DNA from: Phaeodactylibacter sp.
GTDB lineage: Bacteria > Bacteroidota > Bacteroidia > Chitinophagales > Saprospiraceae
NCBI GenBank assembly: GCA_024103175.1
Contig: JAGFJE010000061.1
Location: 72-64,071 of the forward strand
DNA length: 64,000 bases
Direction of reading: 5' to 3'
A program made the translations under genes and the position numbers. Within the stretch, counting starts at the first letter, position 1. The number at the start of each line of letters is the position of its first letter. Below the pieces are notes generated by a model. The model saw only the letters and a list, made by a program, of their open reading frames with translations. It had not been told where the DNA came from and did not search any database. Positions 14,859 to 23,530 of the stretch are shown piece after piece.

Positions 14859-17729
14859 TTAGAACTGCATCCCGATATGGAAATAGACCTGGCGGGAGCT
14901 CGGGAACGGCGTTACCTCGATGCCGGTAGACAGGCCGGTTCCCCCCTTGGTGGAAGTTTCCGGGTCGTAGCTGCTGTAGTCGGTCAGCGTCAGAAGGTTC
15001 CTTCCGGAAACGCCCAGGCGCAGGCGCTGCAGGGTATTGCTGAACTTGGGCAGGGTGTAGTACAGGCCGACCTCGCGGAGGCGGAAATAGGAGGCGTCTT
15101 CGACAAAGCCTTCCAGGTTTTCATACTCCCTGGGGGTGTTGCCGCCGATGTCCGTCAGGAGGCGGGAGAGGTTCAGCACATCGCCGCCCTGCTTCCAGTG
15201 GGCGAGGAAGTTGAAGTCGATGTTCTTGCCGATCTTGATCTCGTTGTACCATCCCAGCTGGAAGTCGGGTTCTACATCACCGATGGTTTCCGGGCCTTCA
15301 TCGTCGCTGCCTTTCAGTTGGGTGATGGGCTCGCCTTCTTCAACATAGAAGGTGCCCAGGCCGAGGCCGAAGGCCACGCCGGAAGGAACGAAAGGCGGAA
15401 CGCCCAGGCGGGTCACTTCCGAACGGTTGAACCAGAAGTTGACCATGGAGTTCCAGTTGAAGTTCTGGGTAGAAACCGGGTTGATGTTCAGCGATACTTC
15501 CAGGCCGCGGTTCTGCAGGTCGAAGTCGTTGCGGATCTCGTTATTGAAGCCTGTTGAAGAAGGAATGTCAAACAGGAAGAGCAGGTTCTGGACGTTGCGG
15601 ATGTAGTAGGTCAGCCCCAGGTTCAGTTTGTTGCCCAGGAAGCCGAGGTCGGTGCCGAATTCGATCTCTTCGGAGGTTTCCGGCTCGAGGTCGGTGCGGC
15701 CGAGGTTGCCGCCGGCGGAGACGCCTATCTGGCCGTTGATGTTGGTGCTGGCCAGAGAGGAGAACAGGGAGCCGAAGGTAGCGCTGCTACCCGTTTGGCC
15801 GTAAGCTACCCGCAGCTTGAACTGGTTGACGGCCGTGGAGTTCCAGAAGTCGAAGTTGGCGACGTTCAACGCCAGAGATGCCCTTGGGAAAGCGAAGAAC
15901 TTGTTGGGGTCGCCGTTGAGGCTCGACTTGTCGAAGCGCACGCCGACGGTGGCGATGACCTTGTCGTCCCAGTTGGCCTGCTCCTGGACCACCATACCGA
16001 ATTCTTCCTCGGTTTCAATGGCCTGGTCAATGTTCTGGGCGCCGCCCTGTGACAGGTTTATCTGCCCGGGCACCAGCTGAGTCGCCCGGTTCAGGATGAA
16101 GTTGCGGTCGAAATTGAGGTACGTCACACCGACCTGGGTGTTGAGGTTCAGGTTGCCGGCGGAGAAGTAATCCAGGATACCGAAGGCCTGGTAGTTGTAG
16201 TTCAGCAATTTGTTACGGCCTTCGCCGATGAAACCGTTGTTGGTACCCACCTGCGACTGGTGCGTTTCCGGAACGTAAACGGACGTCTCATTCAGCAGGA
16301 AGTCCAGGCCGGCGTTACCGACGAGCTTGAAGACGACATTATCCGACTGGAAGACGTTGTACTCGATGTTGGTTCCGGAGATGAGGCGGTTGTTGCGCTC
16401 ATCGTTCCGGGCCTGGTCGCGCACAAAGATGGGGTTGCCGGCGTAGTTCGGGTTGAAAGGATATACGCCCTGCTCGTTGGGGAAGAGGTCTACCCAGTCG
16501 CGGGTGAAGGCCAGGGTGTAGCCGTAGCTGAGGCCCCCTTCGTTCTCGTTGCCGGTAAAGCTTCGGGCGGCAAAGGAGTTGATGTAGTTGGTATTGACGC
16601 CGACCTTGATCTTGTCGGATACCTTGTGGTCTACGTTGAGGCGAATAGAGAACCGGTCGAATCCGGTGTTCTCGATAATACCTTCCTCGTCGCGGTAGCT
16701 GGTGTTGAAGTAGAAGGTGGTCTTGTCATTACCGCCGGAGATAGACAGGCGGGAGTCGCTGATGAAGCCGGTATTGCCGTAGATCTCTTCCTCATAGTTA
16801 AAGATCTTGCCGGCGGCCTGGGCCGCTTCGAACTTGGCGCGCTCGTCGGCGCCGAAAGCTTCTTCCACTTCGGCGGCGGTGTACTGGCGGCGGCCGACGT
16901 AGTTTTGAATGGTGTTCAGGCCGAGGTCCTGCTCGAAGCTGACCTTCGTCCTGCCGGCCGAACCCTGCTTGGTGGTGATGATTACCACACCGGCGTTGGC
17001 GCGGGTCCCGTAGATGGCGGCGGCGGAAGCCCCTTTAAGCACTTCGATGCTTTCGATGTCTTCCGGGTTGAGGTCGGCCAGGCGGTTGGAGGCCCCTTCC
17101 TCGGTGCCGGAGTTGGCGCCGGAGGCGAAGCGCTGGCCGCTGGGGATCTCTGCATTGGTGATGTACACCCCGTCGATGATGAACAGCGGCTGGTTGTTGC
17201 CATTGAGGGAAGACACCCCGCGCAGGCGCATAGCGATACCCCCTCCCGGGGCGCCGTTGCTCTGCACGATGTTCACGCCGGGAAGCTTGCCATAGAGGGC
17301 GCCGTCGACCGTTTGTTGTGTGGTCACTTCGGTGAGTTCCTTGCCGGAGACCGTAGCCACGGCATTGGCCAGGTTGGACCGCTTGATCCCGGTGGCCAGG
17401 CCGGTAACGACGATCTCCTCCAGGTTGGCGATGTCCTCCTCCAGGGTTACGCTGATATCCGTTTTAGACGAGGAGACCTCGGCTTCTTCCGGCTTGAAGC
17501 CCGTGTAGGAGAACAGGAGCGTGGCAGGGCCGCTACTAACATTAATGTTGAAATTGCCGTTAAAATCAGTAACGGTTCCCGTCGTAGTGCCTTTGACGAT
17601 GATGGAAACGCCGATCAGGGGTTCCCCGTTTTCGTTTTGCACGACACCACTTACAGTGTACTGCGCCATAGCTGCAGCGGAAATGAATAACATCGCTAAC
17701 AGCAGGCATGACTTGGTAAAGTACTTCAT
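14859..17729 (-). CDS. SusC/RagA-family TonB-dependent outer-membrane transporter
   Basis: 956 aa. N-terminal carboxypeptidase-regulatory-like domain (VSGVVQNENGEPLIGVSIIVKGTTTGTVTDFNGNF), plug domain, and terminal ...YFHIGMQF beta-barrel ending in F. Confidence 0.9.
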   Translation of the reverse strand: MKYFTKSCLLLAMLFISAAAMAQYTVSGVVQNENGEPLIGVSIIVKGTTTGTVTDFNGNFNINVSSGPATLLFSYTGFKPEEAEVSSSKTDISVTLEEDIANLEEIVVTGLATGIKRSNLANAVATVSGKELTEVTTQQTVDGALYGKLPGVNIVQSNGAPGGGIAMRLRGVSSLNGNNQPLFIIDGVYITNAEIPSGQRFASGANSGTEEGASNRLADLNPEDIESIEVLKGASAAAIYGTRANAGVVIITTKQGSAGRTKVSFEQDLGLNTIQNYVGRRQYTAAEVEEAFGADERAKFEAAQAAGKIFNYEEEIYGNTGFISDSRLSISGGNDKTTFYFNTSYRDEEGIIENTGFDRFSIRLNVDHKVSDKIKVGVNTNYINSFAARSFTGNENEGGLSYGYTLAFTRDWVDLFPNEQGVYPFNPNYAGNPIFVRDQARNDERNNRLISGTNIEYNVFQSDNVVFKLVGNAGLDFLLNETSVYVPETHQSQVGTNNGFIGEGRNKLLNYNYQAFGILDYFSAGNLNLNTQVGVTYLNFDRNFILNRATQLVPGQINLSQGGAQNIDQAIETEEEFGMVVQEQANWDDKVIATVGVRFDKSSLNGDPNKFFAFPRASLALNVANFDFWNSTAVNQFKLRVAYGQTGSSATFGSLFSSLASTNINGQIGVSAGGNLGRTDLEPETSEEIEFGTDLGFLGNKLNLGLTYYIRNVQNLLFLFDIPSSTGFNNEIRNDFDLQNRGLEVSLNINPVSTQNFNWNSMVNFWFNRSEVTRLGVPPFVPSGVAFGLGLGTFYVEEGEPITQLKGSDDEGPETIGDVEPDFQLGWYNEIKIGKNIDFNFLAHWKQGGDVLNLSRLLTDIGGNTPREYENLEGFVEDASYFRLREVGLYYTLPKFSNTLQRLRLGVSGRNLLTLTDYSSYDPETSTKGGTGLSTGIEVTPFPSSRQVYFHIGMQF

Positions 17730-17779
17730 ACTCTAGTGAGTTTAGATAAAAAATACTCTAGTGAGTTTAGATAAAAAAA
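17730..17779 (-). repeat. Tandem 25-bp duplication abutting the susC start codon
   Basis: ACTCTAGTGAGTTTAGATAAAAAAT (17730-17754) is repeated as ACTCTAGTGAGTTTAGATAAAAAAA (17755-17779). The first copy touches the ATG (17727-17729, minus strand). Confidence 0.9.
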
Positions 17780-18194
17780 GGTTGTTTGTTAACCAGTGGT
17801 TTTAATACAAATGGAGTAAACGTTTGTACGATTATTTGCGCGGCTTTACGGGGCATAGAATTTTCGTTTTCTTTGCCTGAAAAGAAGAGAATTCGCTAAT
17901 GGAGTTTGTTTGCGGAAGTTATAACATAGGAAGTTTCGTACAGGGGGTAAAGATAAAAATTTTCCCGATTATCCCATTCAGGAAATAATCATTTTCTGAT
18001 TTTATTGTCCGGCCGATAATTTTGTAAGCCTGGCTCTTTGATACGCCGATACACCCTACATTCAGGCCGGTTATTTTTCGAGGGTGTTTCAGGAGAAGTT
18101 TGGATTTCGGCCAAGTGAGGTGAAGAAGAGTTGATTAAGGCGGGTTGCGGGTTTACGAGCGGCCAGGCCTTTTCGCACCCCGCCAACATGCCCT

Positions 18195-19520
18195 CTACCC
18201 CCCCAGCCCTGCTTTCGGCTCCGGTATCCAGTGCCCGTGCCCGCCGGCCCTTTTGTCGTTAAATTCGGTAGGAGCTTTTCCGGAATCCATGTAGTCTTTC
18301 CAGCTTTCATGGGTTGAGCCGTCGTCCTTTCGCACCATAGTGATGCAGTTTTCCACCGGGCAGACCAGCGAGCAGAGGTTACAGCCCACACAATTTTCTT
18401 CAATAATAGCCGGTACGCGCCCCTGGCCGTTGCCGGGCAGGGCGATGGCCTGATGGGCGCCGTCTTCGCAGGCCGTATAGCAGAGCTGGCAGCCGATGCA
18501 GGTGTCGGCATTGATGGCGGCGATCACCTTGTACTTCAGGTTCAGGTTCTCCCAGGTAGTGACATTGGACACGGCCTTGCCGATGAAGTCGGGCAACTGC
18601 CCGAAGCCTTTTTCGTTCATGTACTCTTCCAGGCCGGCCAGCATCTCCCGTATGATGCCGAAGCCGTAATGCATCACGGCGGTGCACACCTGCACGTTGT
18701 TGGCGCCCAGGAGCATGTGTTCTACCGCGTCCCGCCAGTTCTCGATGCCGCCGATCCCGGAGATGGGGATATTCACGCCCTGGTGCTGAGCGCAGTTCTT
18801 AACCATGTTCAGGGCGATGGGTTTGACGGCGGGGCCGCAGTAGCCGCCGTTGGTGCTCTTCCCGTCGACGGTGGGGTAGGGGACGAACCGGTCGAGGTCG
18901 ACGCCCATCAGGCTCTGAATGGTGTTGATGAGGGAAATGGCGTCGGCGCCGCCCTTTGCTGCTGCGACGGCCGGCTCGGTGATGTCTGTGATATTGGGCG
19001 TCAATTTGACGATAACCGGCACGGTGGCCACTTCCTTCACCCATCCGGTGATGGTTTGGAGGACGGCCGGTTCCTGCCCGACGGCCGAGCCCATTCCCCG
19101 TTCGCACATGCCGTGCGGGCAGCCGAAGTTGAGCTCTACCCCGTCTGCTCCGGCGTTTTCGACATCCTTTACGATCTGATGCCATTCTTTCCGGGACTCC
19201 ACCATGAGGGAGGCCACTACGGCATGATCGGGGAAGTATTTCTTCACCTCCTCGATCTCCCGCAGGTTGTCGGCCAGGGGCCGGTCGGTGATCAGCTCGA
19301 TGTTGTTGAAGCCCACCATGCGGCTGCTCCGGTAATTGATGGCGCCATAACGACTGGAAGTATTGACGACGGGAATACCCAGGGTCTTCCATACGGCTCC
19401 GCCCCAGCCGGTCTCGAAGGCCTTCATGACCTGGTAGCCCGAATTGGTGGGCGGCGCCGAGGCCAGCCAGAAGGGGTTCGGGGAAAGGATGCCGGCGAGG
19501 TTGGCGGTTAGGTTTGGCAT
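18195..19520 (-). CDS. preA: NAD-dependent dihydropyrimidine dehydrogenase subunit PreA (DHOD-like FMN domain plus 2x[4Fe-4S])
   Basis: N-terminus LSPNPFWLASAPPTNSGYQVMKAFETGWGGAVWKTLG resembles E. coli PreA. C-terminal ferredoxin motifs CIGCQLCYTACEDG and CVGCNLCSLVCPVENC. Confidence 0.9.
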   Translation of the reverse strand: MPNLTANLAGILSPNPFWLASAPPTNSGYQVMKAFETGWGGAVWKTLGIPVVNTSSRYGAINYRSSRMVGFNNIELITDRPLADNLREIEEVKKYFPDHAVVASLMVESRKEWHQIVKDVENAGADGVELNFGCPHGMCERGMGSAVGQEPAVLQTITGWVKEVATVPVIVKLTPNITDITEPAVAAAKGGADAISLINTIQSLMGVDLDRFVPYPTVDGKSTNGGYCGPAVKPIALNMVKNCAQHQGVNIPISGIGGIENWRDAVEHMLLGANNVQVCTAVMHYGFGIIREMLAGLEEYMNEKGFGQLPDFIGKAVSNVTTWENLNLKYKVIAAINADTCIGCQLCYTACEDGAHQAIALPGNGQGRVPAIIEENCVGCNLCSLVCPVENCITMVRKDDGSTHESWKDYMDSGKAPTEFNDKRAGGHGHWIPEPKAGLGG

Positions 19521-19595
19521 GGTCTGTTTTTTTACGCCAGGTTTTTTGCCTGTAGCGTTGGTTTAAAAGTAAACTTTCGGTTTTTGCCCGGAGCA

Positions 19596-19715
19596 GTGTA
19601 CGGTGTACGGGGCTGGCAGCGGGCTTATTGATGTACGGTGTACGGGCTGGCTGTGGGCTCATTGGTGTACGGGGCTGGCTGCGAGCTTGGCTGTGTACGG
19701 TGTACGGAAGGGCCG
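19596..19715. repeat. About 3.5 tandem ~34-nt units rich in GTGTACGG
   Basis: GTGTACGGTGTACGGGGCTGGCAGCGGGCTTATTG / ATGTACGGTGTACGGGCTGGCTGTGGGCTCATTG / GTGTACGGGGCTGGCTGCGAGCTTGGCT / GTGTACGGTGTACGGAAGGGCCG. Confidence 0.85.
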
Positions 19716-19811
19716 TCGATTATTAAGTTATCCAATTTTTGATTGGAAGGTAGTCTTGTAAAGAATACCAACCAAGCCCATTTTGAACATCTTACAAGCC
19801 CCCAGGCTCCT

Positions 19812-19965
19812 TTCCGGCCCCGTCCACCGTACATGCCCCTGGCCTGTCCCCGGTTCGTACACCGTACACGCCCCTGACCCATCACGGCCCGCCCACGCCC
19901 GGGTTCCCTTCCGGCCCCGTCCACCGTACACGCCCCTGGCCTGTCCCCGGTTCGTACATCGTACA
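19812..19965. repeat. Two 57-nt direct repeats (19812-19868 and 19909-19965) rich in CCGTACA, inverse in orientation to the 19596-19715 array
   Basis: TTCCGGCCCCGTCCACCGTACA(T/C)GCCCCTGGCCTGTCCCCGGTTCGTACA(C/T)CGTACA. The copies differ at 2 positions with a 97-nt offset. A further CCCGTACATCGTACAC lies at 19986-20001. Confidence 0.9.
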
Positions 19966-20042
19966 AGCTTTAAGCCCCCGGATAGCCCGTACATCGTACA
20001 CTACATCAATAAAACTTCAATCAATATTTTCAATCTCCATTT

Positions 20043-21374
20043 TCACTTTGAACTGGATACATATTTATCAATCCCCCTGGCCGCCATCTTGCCCTCCGCC
20101 GCTGCGTTCACTACCTCTGCGCCTCCATTGACCGCGTCGCCGGCGGCGAAATACTTCGGGCGGGAAGTCTGGAAAGATTGAGGATTGACCTTAATGCAGC
20201 CCCGGCCGTCCTTTTCCAGGCTATCGATCAGGTTGAGGAATGCCGACTGTTTGGCCTGGCCGGTGGCCAGGATCACCATGTCGCAGGCCATCTCGAATTC
20301 ACTGCCCGGTATATGCTTTAATTTCCCGCCTTCATTCTGGGTCTTGATGAACCGTACGCCGCGTACCTTTTCTTCTCCCAGAATGGCCAGTGGCGCGGCG
20401 TTGAACAGCCCCATGACGCCTGCCGACCGGGCCAGGCCGTATTCAAATGCATACGCCCGCATCTCCTCCTTGGAGCGGCGGTAGGCCACGGTTACGGCTT
20501 CTGCTCCCAGGCGGGCCGATTCGGAGGCGGCGTCCATGGCGGTATTGCCCCCGCCGATGACGATCACGCGGCGGCCTACCTCGAGGGCCAAGGGCATCAG
20601 CTTTACCTGTTCGATGAACTCGGTGGCGCCGATGCAGCCAGCCAGCCCTTCGCCCTCGAGGTTGAGCGCCTGGGTAGGGCCAAGGCCGACGCCCAGCAGG
20701 ATGGCGGCGTAATCGCGCTCCAGGGCAGCTATCTGTTCTTTGGTTTTGACCGGCTGCTTGTAGTGAACCCGGAATTGGAATTGTTCCTGCAGGTAATTGA
20801 TCTCCTCCAGGACGTCCTCGTTGGTTACCTTGTAGGGGGCACAGCCGTAGATGGCCAGTCCGGAGGGGTGGCTTTTGGCCTCAAAGATGTCCACCTCGTA
20901 TCCCAGCAGCCGCAATTCGCAGGCGCAGGAGATGCTGGCCGGCCCGGCGCCGATAATGGCTATATGGTACCCATTAGTCGGGCCCGGCTCGTAGAGTTTC
21001 CGGCCCTGGCGGATCATGTCGGCGGCGGCGTAGCTCTGCAGCCGCCCGATCTCGATGGGCTTTACATCCTGCAGGTTGTATACGCAGGCGCCCTCGCAGA
21101 GCACTTCCGTAGGGCACACCTTGCCGCAGATGTTCCCGAAGTAATTGGAATCGTAAATGGTGCGGGCGGCCCCTTCCAGGTTGCCGGTATGGATCTGCCG
21201 GATGAACAGGGGGATGTCGATGCCGGTCGGGCAGGCCTTCACGCAGGGCGCGTCGTAGCAGAACAGGCAGCGGGAGCTTTCGTAGTACGCCATGGTGGCA
21301 TTCATGTACGGCTTGATCTGTTCGAAGCTGGTTTCGAGGTCTTTTTCGGTGGTGGGTGTCTGGTATTCGGCCAT
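20043..21374 (-). CDS. preT: NAD-dependent dihydropyrimidine dehydrogenase subunit PreT (glutamate-synthase small-subunit-like)
   Basis: N-terminal Fe-S motifs (CLFCYDAPCVKACPTGIDIP, CGKVCPTEVLCEGAC). Rossmann motif IAIIGAGPASISCA. Second dinucleotide motif VIVIGGGNTAMDAA. Confidence 0.85.
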   Translation of the reverse strand: MAEYQTPTTEKDLETSFEQIKPYMNATMAYYESSRCLFCYDAPCVKACPTGIDIPLFIRQIHTGNLEGAARTIYDSNYFGNICGKVCPTEVLCEGACVYNLQDVKPIEIGRLQSYAAADMIRQGRKLYEPGPTNGYHIAIIGAGPASISCACELRLLGYEVDIFEAKSHPSGLAIYGCAPYKVTNEDVLEEINYLQEQFQFRVHYKQPVKTKEQIAALERDYAAILLGVGLGPTQALNLEGEGLAGCIGATEFIEQVKLMPLALEVGRRVIVIGGGNTAMDAASESARLGAEAVTVAYRRSKEEMRAYAFEYGLARSAGVMGLFNAAPLAILGEEKVRGVRFIKTQNEGGKLKHIPGSEFEMACDMVILATGQAKQSAFLNLIDSLEKDGRGCIKVNPQSFQTSRPKYFAAGDAVNGGAEVVNAAAEGKMAARGIDKYVSSSK

Positions 21375-21420
21375 TAATTATGGGTTTAACTTGAATCGGG
21401 TGATGTCTATGAGTAGTCAA

Positions 21421-21544
21421 ATTTGCGATTTATGACGTGTGATTTATGAGGTTTGATTTGTGCCATACAAGGGCTGCTCCAGGATAGCTGCCACACTGCC
21501 GGCACATCAAAAATCAAACATCGCACATCAAATATCACAAATAT
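21421..21544. repeat. Opposed word arrays (GATTTATGA-type vs CACATCAAA-type) forming a long imperfect inverted repeat
   Basis: The left arm 21421-21462 and the reverse complement of the right arm 21503-21544 align over ~42 nt with roughly three-quarters identity by eye. The loop is ~40 nt. Confidence 0.7.
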
Positions 21545-21557
21545 ACAAGAGTAATGC

Positions 21558-22430
21558 TCACAACTCCGTCAGCTTCCCGTACGTCTCCGGCCGGCGGTCG
21601 CGGAAGAACTGCCAGGTGGAGCGCACCTCTTCGATCATATCGAGGTCGAACTCGGCCACCAGCAGTTCGTCCTGGCCTTCGGAAGCCTGAGCGAATATCT
21701 GCCCGCGCGGGTCCACGAAGTAGGAAGAGCCGTAGAAGCGGCCGATGTTCCAGGGGGCTTCCGTGCCCACCCGGTTGATGCAGCCCATGAAGTAGCCATT
21801 GGCGGCCGCGTGGGCCGGCTGCTCCAGCTTCCACAGGTACTGCGACAGGCCGGCCACCGTGGCGGAGGGGTTGTAGACGACCTCGGCGCCGTTCAGGCCC
21901 AGGATGCGCGCCCCGTCCGGGAAGTGGCGGTCGTAGCAGATGTAGACGCCCACCCTGGCGTAGCGGGTCTCGAATACCGGGTAGCCCAGGTTGCCGGGCT
22001 TGAAGAAGAACTTCTCCCAGAAGCCCGAGGTGTGGGGGATATGGTTTTTACGGTATTTTCCCAGATAGGTTCCATCCGCATCGATCACGGCGGCGGTGTT
22101 GTACAGCACGCCCGGCTGTTCCTTCTCAAAAATGGGCACGATCATCACCATCTGGTGCTTTCTGGCGTACTCCGCCATGCGCTCCACCGTTGGGCCGGGT
22201 ATGGATTCAGCCGAGGCGTACCATTTGGCGTCCTGCCCCGGGCAGAAATAGGGCGTGTTGAATATCTCCTGCAGGCAGAGGATCTGTACGCCCTGCTTGC
22301 CCGCATCTTCGATGAAGGGAATGTGCTTCTGCACCATGGCCTCTTTGATCTCTTCTATGGTGCCCTGCCCTTCGGTCTTGGCGAGGCTCATCTGGATCAG
22401 TCCGGATTTTATTTTTCTTGGCATAGACAA
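21558..22430 (-). CDS. Beta-ureidopropionase / N-carbamoyl-beta-alanine amidohydrolase (nitrilase-superfamily type)
   Basis: 290 aa. CN-hydrolase hallmarks: LCLQEIF (Glu), YRKNHIP (Lys), VYICYDRHFP (Cys). Sits between preT and dihydropyrimidinase. Confidence 0.8.
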   Translation of the reverse strand: MSMPRKIKSGLIQMSLAKTEGQGTIEEIKEAMVQKHIPFIEDAGKQGVQILCLQEIFNTPYFCPGQDAKWYASAESIPGPTVERMAEYARKHQMVMIVPIFEKEQPGVLYNTAAVIDADGTYLGKYRKNHIPHTSGFWEKFFFKPGNLGYPVFETRYARVGVYICYDRHFPDGARILGLNGAEVVYNPSATVAGLSQYLWKLEQPAHAAANGYFMGCINRVGTEAPWNIGRFYGSSYFVDPRGQIFAQASEGQDELLVAEFDLDMIEEVRSTWQFFRDRRPETYGKLTEL

Positions 22431-22449
22431 TAATTGTTATTCAATATCT

Positions 22450-22532
22450 TTATTCATTTTGATTCAGAATATATTGTGGTGTATCGTACATAAAATTCAA
22501 TTGAAGAAATCGCCTGGAATCAGAAGCACCTC
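22450..22532 (-). pseudogene. Remnant of a toxin-C-terminus / immunity-N-terminus junction (truncated duplicate of 24010-24059)
   Basis: Minus-strand reading gives ...EVLLIPGDFFN* (stop 22497-22499), then MYDTPQYILNQNE* (22491 down to 22450). The intact locus has ...HIPLDDITDSFLNNFFN* followed by MYDTPQYILNQINSN.... There is 40-nt perfect identity between 22466-22505 and 24015-24054. Confidence 0.7.
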
Positions 22533-22559
22533 CTATTCAATGGCCCTGCTCTAACGGCC

Positions 22560-23072
22560 TCAGCGGGAGGGAGATTGCCCACTATAAAATGGATTTATTG
22601 AATCATCTGTTTTAATGGCTTTCTCAGTAATATATGAGACTACTTTCAATAAATGATCAAGGTCTACCTCGCTATCAGGGATTTTCAGATCATAGCCATT
22701 TGATGCTCCGTTATCAAGTTTTTTCAAGTCTTCCTTTATACTTTCTACTAAGGGCATCAATCTTTCCTTAACAACCAATTTCCAGTCTTTATCTATTTGC
22801 ATTAATACTCCTATGTTGCTATACGGTTTTGTGGAAATTAATTTTAACCAGTCCGCCCTGAATTCGCCAAACAAGCTCATAGATTGCGCTGATAAATTGT
22901 TTAGAAGCCAATCCTGGTGCAGAAAATCTTTATTCATGATTTCAGTACCGTTGATCAATTCGTCAAATGCGGAGTCATAGTCAAACGATAACCTGGCCAA
23001 ATCATAATAAAGGTTTTTAATTAACCTTAGTTCCATAATATTGTGGAGCAAGGGTTTATCTGTTTGCCTCAT
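22560..23072 (-). CDS. Hypothetical protein, paralog 3 of 3 (candidate immunity protein)
   Basis: 170-aa AT-rich ORF with a 17-nt overlap onto the upstream paralog. A 66-aa ungapped hand alignment with the 23531-24040 product gives 24 identities (W..N.LS..S..L..EF...W.......PY........ID..W...VKE.L.PL.ES...D....D). Confidence 0.6.
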   Translation of the reverse strand: MRQTDKPLLHNIMELRLIKNLYYDLARLSFDYDSAFDELINGTEIMNKDFLHQDWLLNNLSAQSMSLFGEFRADWLKLISTKPYSNIGVLMQIDKDWKLVVKERLMPLVESIKEDLKKLDNGASNGYDLKIPDSEVDLDHLLKVVSYITEKAIKTDDSINPFYSGQSPSR

Positions 23073-23496
23073 AATTATTCAATTTTTTATAAAGGCTATC
23101 GACAGACCTGATAATATCTTCATCCGAAGGCCTGTCAATTTCTTGCTTGGGACATTTTTCATAATCAATGCCGCGCGCTAAAAGATCTTTCTCAATGCTA
23201 TCAAGCAAAGGCAATTGATTTTGGTCTAAAAGATCTCTATAGGATACATCTATCAATTTAAGTGCTGTGCTGTTTGAGTAGGAAACGTTCTTATAATAGT
23301 CCTGGAGTTGGTAAATAAGCCTATTATACAGGTCCACTGTTTTTGATGAGAAAATCGTAGAATCGCCATCCAGAATATAAGCGAAATCCTCCATAAGGGA
23401 CATTATTGTGGATTCATAGAATTCATCGAATCGCCTCAGCCGGCATATTTCGGAATAGAAAAGCAAAGCATGATTAATTTCAGGCTTCAGGTTCAT
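23056..23496 (-). CDS. Hypothetical protein, paralog 2 of 3 (candidate immunity protein)
   Basis: 146-aa ORF. It shares LPLLDSIEKDL (cf. VPLIESFQRDF) and the tail PSDEDIIRSVDSLYKKLNNY (cf. PTNQDVLQRVSTLYNLLINH, 7/20 identical) with paralog 1. Confidence 0.6.
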   Translation of the reverse strand: MNLKPEINHALLFYSEICRLRRFDEFYESTIMSLMEDFAYILDGDSTIFSSKTVDLYNRLIYQLQDYYKNVSYSNSTALKLIDVSYRDLLDQNQLPLLDSIEKDLLARGIDYEKCPKQEIDRPSDEDIIRSVDSLYKKLNNYEANR

Positions 23497-23530
23497 AGTT
23501 CTTACTATCTGAATACCCCAATAATAGTTA

